DNA of 64,000 nucleotides from Raillietiella orientalis (lineage: Eukaryota): the NCBI GenBank assembly GCA_036172245.1, contig JAYWIR010000075.1:248001-312000 (forward strand), read 5' to 3'. A program made the position numbers and the translations under genes. Below, one piece after another: positions 12,140 through 25,239 of this stretch. Under the pieces are notes generated by a model that was not told where the DNA came from, did not search any database, and was given only the letters and a program-made list of their open reading frames with translations. The number at the start of each line of letters is the position of its first letter. Position 1 is the first letter of the stretch.

Positions 12140-12760
12140 CTGGGCACAGGACGTAAACCGCCTGGTTACAAAGCGAATCCTTCCAGCCTTTGGAAGACTA
12201 GACGCTTCGGGCTCTTCTTGGGTTCCTACGGTTGAATCGCAGGCGTACTTAGTCACCTGTCTGATATCACTGGATTACTTGTAACAGACTGGGAAACCAG
12301 AAACCCCTGAAGTTCCTTATCAGCTAGCCACTCGAAGTCAGGATGTCGGCCGGCCTTAAGACGACCTTGGACAGACTCTGGCAGTCGCGTTCGTCGTCTT
12401 CGCTTTCTTCACAGTCGATGTGGCCATCGCACTTGCTCGTTTTGTGGCAGCACTGCAACCCACTGCGGATTCCACTGAAGAATTCATCCATGCCGCAACC
12501 AAAGCAACCGATTTCGTTGTCGCCGTAGGTGCGGTCATGGTTGCCATCGCACAGCAACTTTTCCACGGCGAGTACTCGGCAAGAGCAGCTCTACTCGTCG
12601 GATGCATTCAAGCAATCCAGGATCCTGTCGCACACCAGGCTCTTGCTGACCATTACCTTCCCGTTAGAGCGTCTCTCGAAACCCAGGAGGCACCGTTCCG
12701 TCTTCTTCAGAAGCGAGTCGGTGTTCTTCCCGCCGGGCACTTCTTGCGTGGAGCTTTCCG
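12140..12760 (-). pseudogene. ndl: nudel-like pseudo-exon: three LDLa repeats plus SRCR-like segment
   Basis: Translation ...VSKSLVCDRILDCLNASDE*SCSCRVLAVEKLLCDGNHDRTYGDNEIGCFGCGMDEFF...KCDGHIDCEESEDDERDC...SSG*LIRNFRGFWF(fs)PVCYK...CNQAVYVLCP. This resembles remembered Nudel motifs ELGCFGC, EGYIYHNYRGDWHPVC and AYVKCP. In-frame TAG at 12591-12593 and 12324-12326, a frameshift near 12290, and several Cys>Arg/Ser changes. Confidence 0.8.
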
Positions 12761-12849
12761 GAAGAGCAGAAGGAAAGTGCCTCGCGCGCTCCTTCGTCGT
12801 CTCCTCTACAACCTTTTTTTTTTCTTCCTCTCTTTCCGCATTCCGCAAC

Positions 12850-15800
12850 TGCACGCAGCCCTGCCAACGGTGCACAAGCGCAGCCATGACTTGCAGCCCG
12901 TGGACCGCATGAGATCCATCAGCGTCGAGAAGCCCAGCATGCACGCCGCTTCAAGTGACTACCGAACCATCATCCTAATGGACAAGAGCCCTCTTTCCGG
13001 TGAGAACAACTCGGGACTAGGGTTCCGCAGCGGCAGGAGCCTCGGCGCGTCACGCAAAAGCCGGAGTCAACTTTCCTGCCGTTCACATGAACAGGGTCAA
13101 GGAGCAGGTTGTGAGCAAAGTGGGTCCACTCCCCTCCTTGAAAGCGCTCTGGGAGTTTGCGAGCCCGTGAAAACTCAACGACAAAACACCTTCCAGCACC
13201 TCAAGATTCAGAATCGATTTCGTTCCACCCCGGGAGCCCTAATCAAATGCGAACTCTTCCGAGGGTCTGGTAATTAAGGAAGCCGAGTTGTGAGGCAGTT
13301 GAAGGAAAAGCGGATTTCTCTCTCGCTCTCTCTCTCCTCCCTTCTTCGCCCCTTTCGAGACATCGAAAAACCTCAGATCATGGGATCACGGTGACAATCC
13401 ATCATGTTCCTGTTTCCTTTTCCGTGGTTCTGAGGGAATCTTTTCATTCACGGGTGCTTCTCAAGTAGCATTTTCCCGAGGAAGGTGGACTGCGGGTGCT
13501 CCTCCTTGGAAGCCGACGGTGGGAGCAAGTCCGGACAGCGCCTTCCCGCTGGGAGCAGTATGAGCATAAGAAACCAAGCAGGAAGTTTCTTCAGGGATTT
13601 GAGCGAAGTTCTTCTGAGGTGCGCACATTGGCGTTCGCCGTTCGGCTGTTTCTGGATTTTCGGATAGTCGAGAAGCGCACGCGCGGATCTGCAGCTAGAA
13701 ACAGCGTTCGGGTAAGTTCTCTCGGAGTATCCTGCTTGGCTCCGTTGCTTCTTTACCTCATCTGCAGAAGACGAGGAAAAACACAGCCTTCACTTGTCCA
13801 CGCCCTCAATTGCTCTTCCTAATAATCATGGCAACAAATTGGCTTCCCGACGGTTCTTTGAAACGATTCTGCAAATACCCTGTGCGTGACCAATCGATTT
13901 ACAGACAGAAAAAAACAGGCTGCCTTATCAGGCACGTCTTTCGTTGCTGCAACCCATTAAACACACACCAGCGAAACCAGGGTCGACATGTCCGTGAAAG
14001 TTGAGAAGGTCCCCTCCTCCTCCTTCTTCCTCCTTTCCCAGATTCCTGGGAACCGGAGATTTGAGTCTGCCTGCAGCAAGAGCATCTCGTCTGCTGAAGA
14101 CGATGAGAGAACGGGTTTCGAGTACTGGATAAATGGGTCGTAAGCTTGCCAGAGGTGCAGACAGCCTTTCTGGAACCTAGCAACCGCTGAGCAAGACGAA
14201 CTCAACAAGCACAACTCTGCTTGTCTGTCTCTGCTTCCAAAGAACGATGGTCAAGGCCAAAAAGATCTTCCCATTCTTATCGTATTCGTCAAGTGATCTA
14301 GTTATCCATCCCCTCTACTTTGCTCCCATGTCTTTCCCGCCGGCATTCCGAGCACACTGGCGCTTCTGCGGTTCGCACCGGCTGATGCCACCCTGTCTTC
14401 AAGAGAAAAAGCAAAAACAGCAGAAGATACCAAAAGCTCGATCACGCAGCTGATCAGGGACGTACTTCAGAGAGTGAAGGCAGGAGGGTTTGTAGTGCGA
14501 CCTGGACCACCACGAGGATTTCGAGCGATTCCAGCTGCCTCCACACAACATGTGGCTTCTGTTCCACCCTACCGTGCCTCCCTATTCCCTTTCGTCACGC
14601 CCCCTGAATCCATGAAGGCGTTAGCAAATCGTACACTTCGGTATACGCGTTAAGACTGGCAGGCAGCTGGCAGATAAATGAACTGCATACCTAGCAACTT
14701 CTTGCTGAGGCACTGATAAGGAAGCTGTTCCTTTCATTTGTTTTTAATTCGTTTCCTCCATCTTTTCGTAGGCAAACAAAGAAATTCGAATAGGTCCACG
14801 AATAGGAGTCGCGCTTCCGAGCTGCTTTCCTTAAAGGAAATGAAAAATCCCCAAAGTTCCCGAGATTACCAGCGACAGACTCCAGACAGAGCCCATGGAG
14901 CGCGCTTCCTTTTCCCTGCCCCACCGCTGGTGCAGCGTACCCAGAGATGCACTGCGAAAAACGCAGAACTGCCACCATGTTCCTCAAGATAGGATCGCAG
15001 CGTCCCGCCACCCGGGTTCTCTGGAACCAGGAGCTGGGACGCACCAGCGTGACCACCTGGCGGCGAAGTGGACTCAAACCATAGAAACCGCCCGCCGAAG
15101 TCCTTGCAGAAAGGGATCGTTACGAAGCTTTGCTACCTCGAAACAAAGAAAGAGGGAGCGGCAGGCTGTCTCGCCTTTCCTTCCCACATCTCTCCAGAGT
15201 TTCCGCTTACCTTAAGGACAACAAAGATGCGTGCGTGCGCGCGCGCGTGCGTGCGTTTGCGTTACACCCGAACGGTGTTCCTTGGCGTACCGGGGTCGTC
15301 GGATGGCGGCTTCGGTTTATTGCACGGACAGACGCTCACTAATCAGCAGTTTAACAATGATTGCCGCAGCCTTCGGTAGCAGGGAAAAAAATAAAATAAA
15401 ATGGAAGGCTGTTTTTTTCTTTTTTAACTTGGCCTTTCTTCGAGACGACTCGTTTGGAAACAGTGACCGAATCCTCAAGCACGGAGATGTGACCGCAAAG
15501 TTGCTTTGAATGATCAGCTTTTCTTATCTGGTCACGAGGTCCGAACTCCACGAGTGCAGAGCTTGCAGCCGTTTGCTGGAAAACTCGGCTCCTTCGTTAC
15601 CCCCGGAAACAACAAAAAAGGAGAAAGAAAAATTCCTGTGGTCACTTCCACGTGCTGTCTCGGACAAACCGAGAGTGACGGGCAGAGTTCCGAATCGCAC
15701 CTCGAGCGTTGACAAACAAATGTTTCTGCAGAGTTCCGAGGTGAGTGAGGCGAGGGAGGAATCACTTTTCTCCTGCGAAGGACGGGGCATTGCAGGAAAT

Positions 15801-16090
15801 GGCATTATCGCCTCATCCTGTAGGAGAGCCAAGTTTCGTACTTTTGTACGAAGGGGCTGTATAGGTGCAGCCGTCGGGAGCGGATTTCGTCCCCGCAGTT
15901 GTGTGGCTTCGTGAGCTGAAGTCAACCGGAAGACGGAAGCCATTCTTTTTTGTAAAAAAAAAAAAAGTTGTGGATTTCGTACGTACATGAGATTCCGTGT
16001 GGACAGTTACACTTCCCCAAAAGACACCACCGACTGGTGAGGCCACATCGGAATCGTTTACTATCTGATGGCGACCCTGTACGCGTGTCA
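12850..16090 (-). pseudogene. Additional decayed nudel-like modules (LDLa, SRCR-like, protease-like) upstream of the LDLa exon
   Basis: ~16056-16000 RFRCGLTSRWCLLGKCNC; ~15740-15690 KHLFVNARGA; 15077-14900 FQRTRVAGRCDPILRNMVAVLRFSQ; ~14190-14040 GCLHLWQAYDPFIQY..SADE(fs)CSC; ~13095-12845 CSCERQES*LRLLRD...ERGLLSIRMMVR*SLEAACMLGFS...GCKSWLRLC. Confidence 0.4.
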
Positions 16091-17229
16091 CGCGTGTCGA
16101 AGACCTTCCCTTTCTTCTCATCGTCTTCCCTTCTTCGTTTTCCTTCTTCCTGTTCACACTGCTTGCAATCTATGCATTTATTGGAAACGAATTCGTACAG
16201 GAAGGGGCGAAGAAAATGTGCTCATCTTTCTATGCTAAATGAAAGTACAAGTCTTCGGTCTTGCTGGCGCGTCTTGGGTCTGAACCAAGCAACACGTGGT
16301 CAACTCTGCAAATCCAATAAAGTGGTGTGCGCAGCTCATGTGTAACGCTTGCAAAAAACTCAGTACTCGTCGCATTTTGACGAGGAAAAAAAATGCTTCG
16401 ACACTCGGCGCATTCTCGGACACCCCACTCTCATGATGAAACAAGTGAATGCTCGTGAACAGTGCCGAACACTTCCATAGAGTGCCTCCCGAGTGTTCCT
16501 TTTTGTGTGCTTTCTGTGCATTTTAAGCGCTAATCGTGGGTCCTAAAATGGTTAAAAATGTTACCACGAAGCCTAGAAAGGAGCTCATCGGTTTCGGCCC
16601 TCGTCACGTGTTCCGGAACGAATTCCTGTCGAGTACCGGAGTACCACTGTACCTTAAATGGCAGTAACGAATTAGTTGAACGGCAATAGGAAATTACTTA
16701 AATGTCTTCACGCAACATATGTTCGATAATGTTAAGGCAAGCATTTCTTTTTTTTGATAAATGTGCACCAATTAAATTTTACTGGGAATTTCTCCTATTC
16801 TGTTAGAAGGCAGCTTCATTCGAAACCCGGCCACCTCCCCTCTACTGTCATCGGTAAGCCCGAGATTTACCCAGTCGTTTTCAGAGGTGCACTGTCATCT
16901 CGTAGGAAAACTGCGGTCCTCTCATAAGTTAAATTCCACTTTGGCAAAGAACTACCCTGTTAGAAAGACACATGAGGAGCTTCGCTGTGCGACTCCTGAC
17001 TTTCTGGCTTGAGCGAGAGAAGTTTAAAGAGAAGAGCCCAGCTGGGAGGATCTCCTTTCTTCATGCCGATTCGGGTGTCAAAAGCGCTAGTGTCCAAAGA
17101 ATTGTCCAAAGAGTTTCCGCCATGCTGACGTTTTAAGCAGCGGGCGGCAAATGGGTGCGTCTTGGGCTGCTCTTGGAACTCGGGAGGAGGTCTGACACTC
17201 CTGGTGTTCCAAGAAGCTCTCCATGAAGC

Positions 17230-19450
17230 CTTTTCAGGAATCCAACGGTTTGGTGGTGCCCACACCCAAGGGAGACAAGGGGTTGCAGATTGATGAATTT
17301 TTCACAGCGCGGTTTCCAAATTCCCGATTCCAGGTGTGTCCAGTATCCGGAAAATAAACCTCAAAAAGAAGACCTTTGCTTGTTTCCTTCATTGCCACAG
17401 AAAGTAAGGATGCCACCACTAAGTGAGGCTGAGATGATAGGTTGAGAGGTTCGCAGTAGCAGCTGAGAACTTGCTCGTAAACTGTCAGTGGCCCAAAGAG
17501 CTGGAAGCAACAAGAAAGACTGACGGAAATCATTAAGAAGGGAAGAGAATCGGATCATAGTTTCTGGCCGATGGTAACTGAGGCGATTGACAGTAGAGCG
17601 CACAGCATCCTGTTGTGGTGCCGAATTTTCAAAGCAACTCTCAGTGAATGAGGAAGAATTGTGAAAATGGGAACCAGAGCGAATCCAGCAAAAAACTCTT
17701 TTGCTTCTGGGGAAGTGCTTACAGAGAGGCAGAGGGAAAGCTCTCAAATTTGGACTTGAAGAACAACAGTTGGTGTAGACCGCGTCGGGAAGAAATGGCA
17801 GCAGAATCGGGGATCTTGTAGAAAACATCTGTTCACAGCCGCCAGCTTGTTGCTCCACCTGCAACTGCTGAAGAGCAACATTCGGAGAAGCCTATTTGAA
17901 AGGAGGCGAAGAATGAGGGACGAATTCAAAGATCGAAATACAAATCCAACGTGGGATCCATGACGCGAAAACAAGAGGACATGGAAGATGCGACCATCAA
18001 AAATGTCGTGACTGAGTGCAATCTCGATGTGTTAAGATCTCAGAGAGGGCCTGATGAGGAATATTCTGTTTTAGGATTCGCGAGCCATCAATCGGTACAA
18101 TGGCGGGTACAGTAGAGCAGCAGTTCCTGAGACCTTCAGCCATGCTGAAAGGATCCTCAGGTTGTCATGAGACTCTGTGAGTGAAGAGTGCATTCGGAAA
18201 TTCCCTGAGGGAGAGAAGCCTGGGACGCCTTCTGGATAGATCGCCAGTCTCATGAAAGGAAAAAGTGATGTGGGGACCAGGATGTCCAGGAAGCTGTCAT
18301 GATCTCAAAGGACCAAAGTCGGCGTGAGATCCTCCTTCCTTGAAGGGATGGCCTGTAGAGGTTTCTCCAGCCGATCCCCAGCAAAATGAGAACAGCCGCG
18401 ATGTCTATTTGGGGAGAAAGTTCTCCCCAAGCATGGAGCCAAAGTAGGCAGCTCAGCAGTTGGGATTCAACCCCTCAGGAGGCAAAACCCAGCTGAGCAG
18501 ATTCATTCAGTCCATAATTGCTGGAACCCCTACAGAATTTACCACACGACATGCTCTGCCTCCAGACCGGGGACTCGGCGATTGCTTGGTGAATTTTCAA
18601 GATCTCAGGAAGCTCAATTGAGAAGCTAATTGTGTGCTGGTGACTTCTAAAGCTTCTGTGACCTGAGGACCACTTTCTGAGGAACTCCGTGGCACTGTGT
18701 ACGGAAAACATCAATCCACCAAGAGCTCGGATACAAGCTTTTAGTGGATCATGATCACTTGGAAGTCCTCTTGAGCTTTATTGGTGGCTCAGGAAGCAAC
18801 CACGATGTAAGCACGTGCTCTTGTGAATATCCGCTTCTCCAGCATCGAGCAAGTCGCCAGCGTGTTCCAGGAACGGCTGTATTGAAGGCAGTCGCTTCAG
18901 AGATTCTCCTTCGAAATATCTTCGCAGACATCCACGAGGTCGACCTTCCTCATATCTGTGTTGGGGTGTAGGGAAAAGGCTCCACCTCCCGGATGATGGT
19001 CGAAGAACTCGGCCCTCTCTGAGTCGTTCCACGTCTCGAAAGCGAATCTGAAGCTGATGTTGGCCTGTGAGGATGTGACAATCTCTCTTGTGTTCCATCT
19101 TGGAGGTTCCTGTTACAGGACCTCTCATTTCCGGCATCTGAGGAGAATGACCAGGTCTGGAGACCCACTGCAGGGAGCTCCTGAGACACGGGAAGATGAT
19201 TCCCTACCTTGATAAAGGCATCTCTGCTACGGTCCTTCCTTCTCTGAGAGATCACTCGAGATCTCTGGTGAAACCAGACTTTCGCCTTCAGTTACCAAGT
19301 TTGCCGCTATCCTCCATTCCGAAGAAGGAAGAGACCATCGCTGATTTCAGCCAAAAGCGACAGGAAGTTCAAGGCAAAGGAAAGGATTTATGCAGAGCTT
19401 TCCCTCCAGCATCTGCTGCTTCAGTCTTCGTTCCCCTCCCGTTTTCAGAA
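17230..19450 (-). mobile_element. Degraded I/Jockey-type LINE (ORF1, endonuclease, start of RT)
   Basis: LRNGG and EVEPFPYTPTQ...LARCWRSGYSQ (ORF1 knuckle-like); FCRGSSN and GNFRMH (APE-like); SAPQQDAV (SAPGPDG-like). Confidence 0.4.
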
Positions 19451-22449
19451 AATCAACAAAGGCTCCGCATCCTCCAGGAGCAAAGGAGGAAACGGAAGGA
19501 CCCGGGTTGCAAGCCTTCGTCAATTTAGGCCTCTGAAGACTTCAGTACGACTCTTAATGGTGAGGCAAGAATGAAATTCTTTCTCGACGAGGGATCTCAC
19601 TGCTTGATCTACACCAGAAAAAAAAGGTTCCAGGGTTCCTCCCTTTTTTCCACTCTTCCTTTCTCTCCTCGAAAGAAGCTGGCGGAAGGCAGAGCTAAGG
19701 AACCGGTGCGACTTCCCATGGAAGAGTGTGCCGGAGTTGAAGACTCTTATGGGCTCACAGCAGGAGAGGTTCCTCCTTTAGGTAGAAGAACTGCGCCGTC
19801 GCTCCTGACGAACCCCTCCTGGATCTCTGAGAGCTTCTCCTTGACTTGGGGAGAGTGGAGTAGGATGAGAAGGTGTTGGAAAGATTTGCCTCCTAGAGCT
19901 GCAGCGCCCGTGTGGGCTGTCTGACCTCGTTAAAGGCGGAAGAAAGTTCGGCTCCTTTTCGGTTGGACTCGCCGACAGTCGCCTCTAGAGGAAGCAAACG
20001 GGCTGAGACAGGCACGTGGACGGACAAGGAGGAGGAGGGTAGGGTTGGAATCGGAGTCCAGTTGTTTCAGTCTGGTCAAAGAAATTGCATCCGCCTCCGA
20101 GAGACACCAAAAAGGGCCCCGACCAAGACAGCATCCCCGATCTGGAGACATCTGTCTATTCTTTTTTTTTCTTTCTTTTCCTCTTTCCTTCTTCCTCCTG
20201 CTCTTCCCTTCCTTTTCTTTCTCGCTTTGAGGGAGGTCAAAGCGGCGACGTTGCGCCGTCGTGCGCGCGCGCGTTTGGAGTTCGCCGGCGCGCGGAGAGC
20301 CATAAACTGCGGCGGCGCGCGCCGCGCCCTCTGAGCCCGAAGATAGTGGTCCAGTGTTTGCACTCGATCATCTCGGTGGCCCCGTCGCCGCCACCGCCTC
20401 CGGATCTCCCCTGTTTATAGCGGGAGCGCCCCGCGGGTCAGGCTTCTCAGCAACCGCCTGCATGCGGTGCTGGTGATCACCTGCTCTCCCTTCCTTCCTT
20501 TCTGCGCGGCACCTGACGGCAAGATGAACGGCGGCGGCGTCGACGCAATCCAAGAGCGTCGTCCCCTTTCACCTTTCGGGAAGCGACGGCAGGGCTTCTG
20601 CCGCCAACGGGGGCGTCCTGCGCGATCGCCAGCAGCAGCAGAAGCAGGCGGTCTAGAGTCGAGAGGCAGTCGCGGCCGTAGAAACTCCAGGTGGAAGAGG
20701 AAGGGGGACAGGAAGCTTCCTCCTCCGCGCGCGCGTGCCGGCTCGCGCTCTCGCGCGGAAAGCTGCGACGGCGGCGGCAGCGATGCACGTGCGCGTCCGC
20801 CGCTTCTGTGATCGCGCGCGCGTGCGCGAGTCAATGCGCTCCCTTTCCTCCTCCCCCTCCACCTTCCCTTTCTTTCTTCCCCTTGAAATGTGGACGAGCG
20901 CGAGTGGCAGTTGCGTCTGCTCGGGTGCGCCTCGAACGGCACGCTCGCGCGCACCTGCCGCCCCACGCCCACGCTGCGACGGGGATCGCGCTCGCGCGCT
21001 CACCTTCCAAGCCGGGTAGCGTTCTCTCTGGAAGCGCGTAGGCTCTCTACAGCGGGAAGAGGAAGAATGCTGTAGTCCGATTTTGAAGGATTCTCTGCCT
21101 TTTTGCCGAGGACCGTATTCTTTGGCTGCCTCTGTCTCTTTCTCAATAGGTTGCCTCTGTCTCCCAGCAGGGAGGGGAGAGAGAGGGGACGGGTGCTGGA
21201 AAGGAAGGAAATAGAAAAGTAAAAGAAAAGAAATGCTTCTTCTCTCCATGGAGGCTTCCTTTCCTCCCTACTGGAGAGATGACTGCTTTCCCGCGATACT
21301 GCCTCTCCTGGAGCCGATTACAGAAAAGCACACAATGTTGCATTGCTCGCGTGCGCGATGTGCGCCAGAGGCAAAATCTTCTTCCTCTAAAGGAATGTGG
21401 TTCGAGGACCGCAGCGGCAGTGGCGGCGGCGACCGGCAGCAGCGGTGCGTAAGAACCCAATACGGGGATCGCCTAGGAAACGCAATTTGCTGCTCGCTGG
21501 GGGACAAGGAGCTTCTGTGCGGTCCGCTGGGCTGTCGAGCCGGATGGAGGGAAGCAGACCGCGCCGAGGGATGCTGCCGACTGCTCTCGCGCTCTTATCT
21601 CAGCGGGTAGTAAAGGGTTGTGCAATTACCTCCCTCCAAATCGCCCCTAATTACTGGTGCGCTGATGATTTTATTTTTTGCTCGTCGGACGGGCTTAGCC
21701 GATCGAGTGGTCGAAGGGGAAAGTACTTGGCGCCCGAAGAAGACGAAGACAGCCCGTCGACCCATGGGCGTATGGACGGGCGCTTGCGGCGCCGGCAGTG
21801 ATCGACGGCAGCCACTATGCCATTTCGGTTCGAGGGCCTCACCTTGGAAGACACTCTGGAAAAGAAACGGCATTCTGGACATATCGGACGGTCCCGCCCT
21901 CTGAGCAGGAATACGACTCTCCTCGACTTTCGCCTTTGTCACCCACATCTCTCCCTCTGCCTATTCTTTCCACTCTCCTTCCCTCCCTCATCCTTCAAGT
22001 GAACGAAATCCTGCGAGCCCTAGAAGATCGAGAATACCTCACTCCTTCTGAAGCTCTGTCCTATACGGGAGGAGGGGTTCCACGACTGGTAACCTCTGCC
22101 GGGAAAACTGGGAGGCGTTTCACTAGGAAGGGAGGAGACCTAGAGAACTCCAGCATTTGTGGCGCCAAAATGTGGGTAGGAACTCGCTCCCCGATGAAAC
22201 CGCTTCCCAGGATCTGAATGCGAACAGGAACCGGATGCTCACATCCTCCTGATGCTTCCCCAACGCAGCAGGGTGAAATGCGGCCTAGAATTCATATTCA
22301 GACGTTTCCCTGCCCTTGCGTCTTGGGATTTTGAGTAGGAGGACGGGCTTCCAGATCACTCACGGGATCTTTTCTCCTCCGATGGAGAGAATCAGAATAT
22401 CGGGAAGGATTCATATCGCTCTGCCATCCATTTCTGCGCTCCGAGTATC

Positions 22450-23150
22450 CTCCGTTGATTGTAGGCGATTGGTCTCTATCTGAGAGATGATGCTTCTGTT
22501 CCGAGGGAGTCCCTCCCTCTCGCAGGACGGGACATCGGGAGGGCTAAGCTGTTCCTCACGATGAGCGGAAACGTTTGAGAGCAGCTGCTGGCTAATCTGA
22601 AGCGGAAACTCTCTCGGTGGACCGGTGTACGGAAAAGGCATTTGGCCGCAACCTGGAATACCTGGAGGTGGTGAGCAGACGGGTTCGGAATGGAGGGAAG
22701 CCCTGATTAGCGCTGCCGCGTGGTCATGGCGCCCGCATCTCCTCTCCGATCCTATGCAGATCGCCGTGGTATGCTGGATCCACAATTTCAATTTTCAGTT
22801 GCAACAACATACCTGGTTCATCCAGAACCCAGTCTTTTCTGCTTTTACCCTGATTCTGCCGCGTGGAAACCCCTTGGTCCTTCGCACCTTCAGTCCAGCT
22901 GTCGACACGCCTGTCGTCTCTGTCCGGCTTCGGGTGCCGCACCTGAAGGGTTTGGGCATCGCAGCGCCGCCGTGTTCTTGGACGATGGCGACGATGCAGC
23001 CGATTTTCTTTTTGTGCCGCATCTGCCACGCGGCTGCCGAAGCTGAGCTCCTGCTCCGTTCCAGAGAGAGATCTTCCCTGCCGTTGAAGCCAGCAAGCCA
23101 GCATCGGTTGTGGAAGGGCAGTTGATCTCTGCAGGTCACGCGGAGGTACT
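22450..23150 (-). mobile_element. Possible LINE APE endonuclease remnant
   Basis: KIGCIVAIVQEH ~ DIVALQE, plus weaker downstream motifs. Confidence 0.25.
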
Positions 23151-25239
23151 TTTTGGTTTGGAGGACGCTCACCCTATCCATGGCGGAAAAGTCAGGAACT
23201 CCTGCAACCAGGCTGGAGACGATTCCGAGGATTCTTCGCTTCGTCCTGACACCTGGTCTTCTTTCTCCTGGAAGATTTCAGTCCGCAGACTGCCACCTCA
23301 CTTTTCTTCCTTGTGCTTTGTCTCTGTTTGGAGACTTTCGCACCGAAGACGTTCTTCTCTTGGCGAGAGAAGAAGTCCATACGTAGTCTGCAACCCAGTC
23401 TGCAGCCGGTTTGCTGACGACTGTTGCCAAGTAGCTTCTCCGGTTCCCTTGAAAACCTTCTCCCTTGAGCATCCTCTCTTCTCCTTCTGCCACCGGAGGG
23501 AAGCGGAGGCTCGACTCATCCTGCCTCTTAGAAACAGGAGTGCTAGTTGATGCCGCCCACAAAGCAACAAGTGAGATTGCTTCCACGGACCTGGACGGAG
23601 TTCAGTGGCATCGGAGTGATCGGCAACTCTCATGTGGCGTCCTTCTGTCGGGAAGAGAGAAGGTTCCTGCAGTCCTCCTTGCACTCACCTTACGAAGGAG
23701 TCTCCTTCGCATCTGGAGGGGCGTTCGTTTCTTTCGCCAGAGCTCTCGGTGTCCGTGATGTTGGAGATGCTGTGGCGGCATTGTGGTGGCACTCCTAAAG
23801 TAGAAGGCACTCCAAGAAGACCGAGAGTTCATTCTTCTGGAGACTATCATGAATGCCAACAATTGTCCTCATCCGAAAGCTATGGACAGGAGGGAATTCA
23901 TTCACTTGGTGCAAGACCTCAGAAGTGGCAGGACTAGATTGCGTGCCTCATAGTAATGACCCTTCCCCTCTTCCCATGAATCATGTATACAATTTTTTTA
24001 TTTAATCGTCTAATGTACATTCCCTTTTGCGCACCCTGGACAGAGAGTAGGCCAAGAGCACTTCCCTGAACACGTTTCCTACGGGTGGAGCCCTACTTTC
24101 CCAATTGTGCTTTTGCTGCCATAAATGAACATCCCGTCGCAACCGGCTTCAGAGAAGCGGGAAGCGAAGGGGCCACCGCTGTAATCGCGCGGTCTTCCTC
24201 CATTCCCGTTCATTCTCCTCCTCTCCCGCCTTTATGAGCCAACAAGTCCTCCCCTGATCGCGTCGCTCTGTCTTGGAAGTAGATGCCATTCAGATCCCGC
24301 TTCGCTTCGTGCTCTCAAAAGGGAACGAAATGAGGGTCCACTGGATTACAAATAGCCTCTGGCCAGGTTTCCAATAGCGCTCCTTGCCTGTTTTCTTTCC
24401 GCTCTGCGGAACAACGCCTCTTCGTGTTCCCTGTTCTCAGGAAGTGCGGAAACCGCGGAGGTCCACGCTCGAAACCTTTCCATTCCGATTCGATACAGCG
24501 TCTCGTGATCCCTCCTAACCGTCTCCGACCTTTGCCCTTTGTCTTTCATGCGCGCGAGCCCGTCCGAACATCCCGCAAGTCACGGATCCCTCGTTTGTGT
24601 TTTGTTCGTCTCGTAGAGGGGAGCTCGTGAGTTTGGGAATGAGGCAGGGGTGACAAAACCCTTCAGCATCGAAGGAGCCCTTATGACGCGTGTCGCGGCG
24701 CGGAAGAGCGATCTCCCTGGAAAACCCTCGAGGCAGTTTGCTGGGATGCGACCGGTTCCGATGGGACGAGAAGACGTGCAGAGTCGTTGGCGCGCAAGGC
24801 TGCCGCCAGTCGAGGAACCGAGCAAGAAATCGGAGGGATTCAGGAGAACTTTCACTCCCTCCTGCCGGCCGGCGCGCCACCTGACGAGGATACGGCGCAG
24901 AAGGGAAGGCAGTGATCTGTCGGAGTGTAGCACTCTGCTCTAACCGCGGTCACTCGATTTTTATTTTATTCCTTTTTTTTTTTTTTCATCCTCGGGAGAG
25001 GCTCCCACAGCTTCCTACGAAGTCTGGAGCCACTTGGACTTCAGACAGCCTTCTATGCACGCCTCGAGACGCGCGTCCTAGCAAGGGCAAGGCGGTGCTT
25101 TAGGAATGCTCTCCTGAGTGCGAACCGGCATTGCCACGTTGCCGCGCGTCTCATTCCTGCCCAGTTCAGATGCAGGCTGGAAGAGGAGGGATGGATGGGA
25201 AGAAACGCCCCCTAGCTGGTTCAGCTGACTGTCCGATTC

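Noticed and set aside
12324..12593. Two in-frame TAGs in the nudel exon as stop-codon readthrough or an alternative genetic code
   Set aside because: They are accompanied by a frameshift and loss of several structural cysteines, and they fall at positions expected to encode different residues. Ordinary decay explains them.
12420..13277. 285-aa plus-strand ORF
   Set aside because: Antisense shadow of the nudel pseudo-exons, with no recognisable domain.
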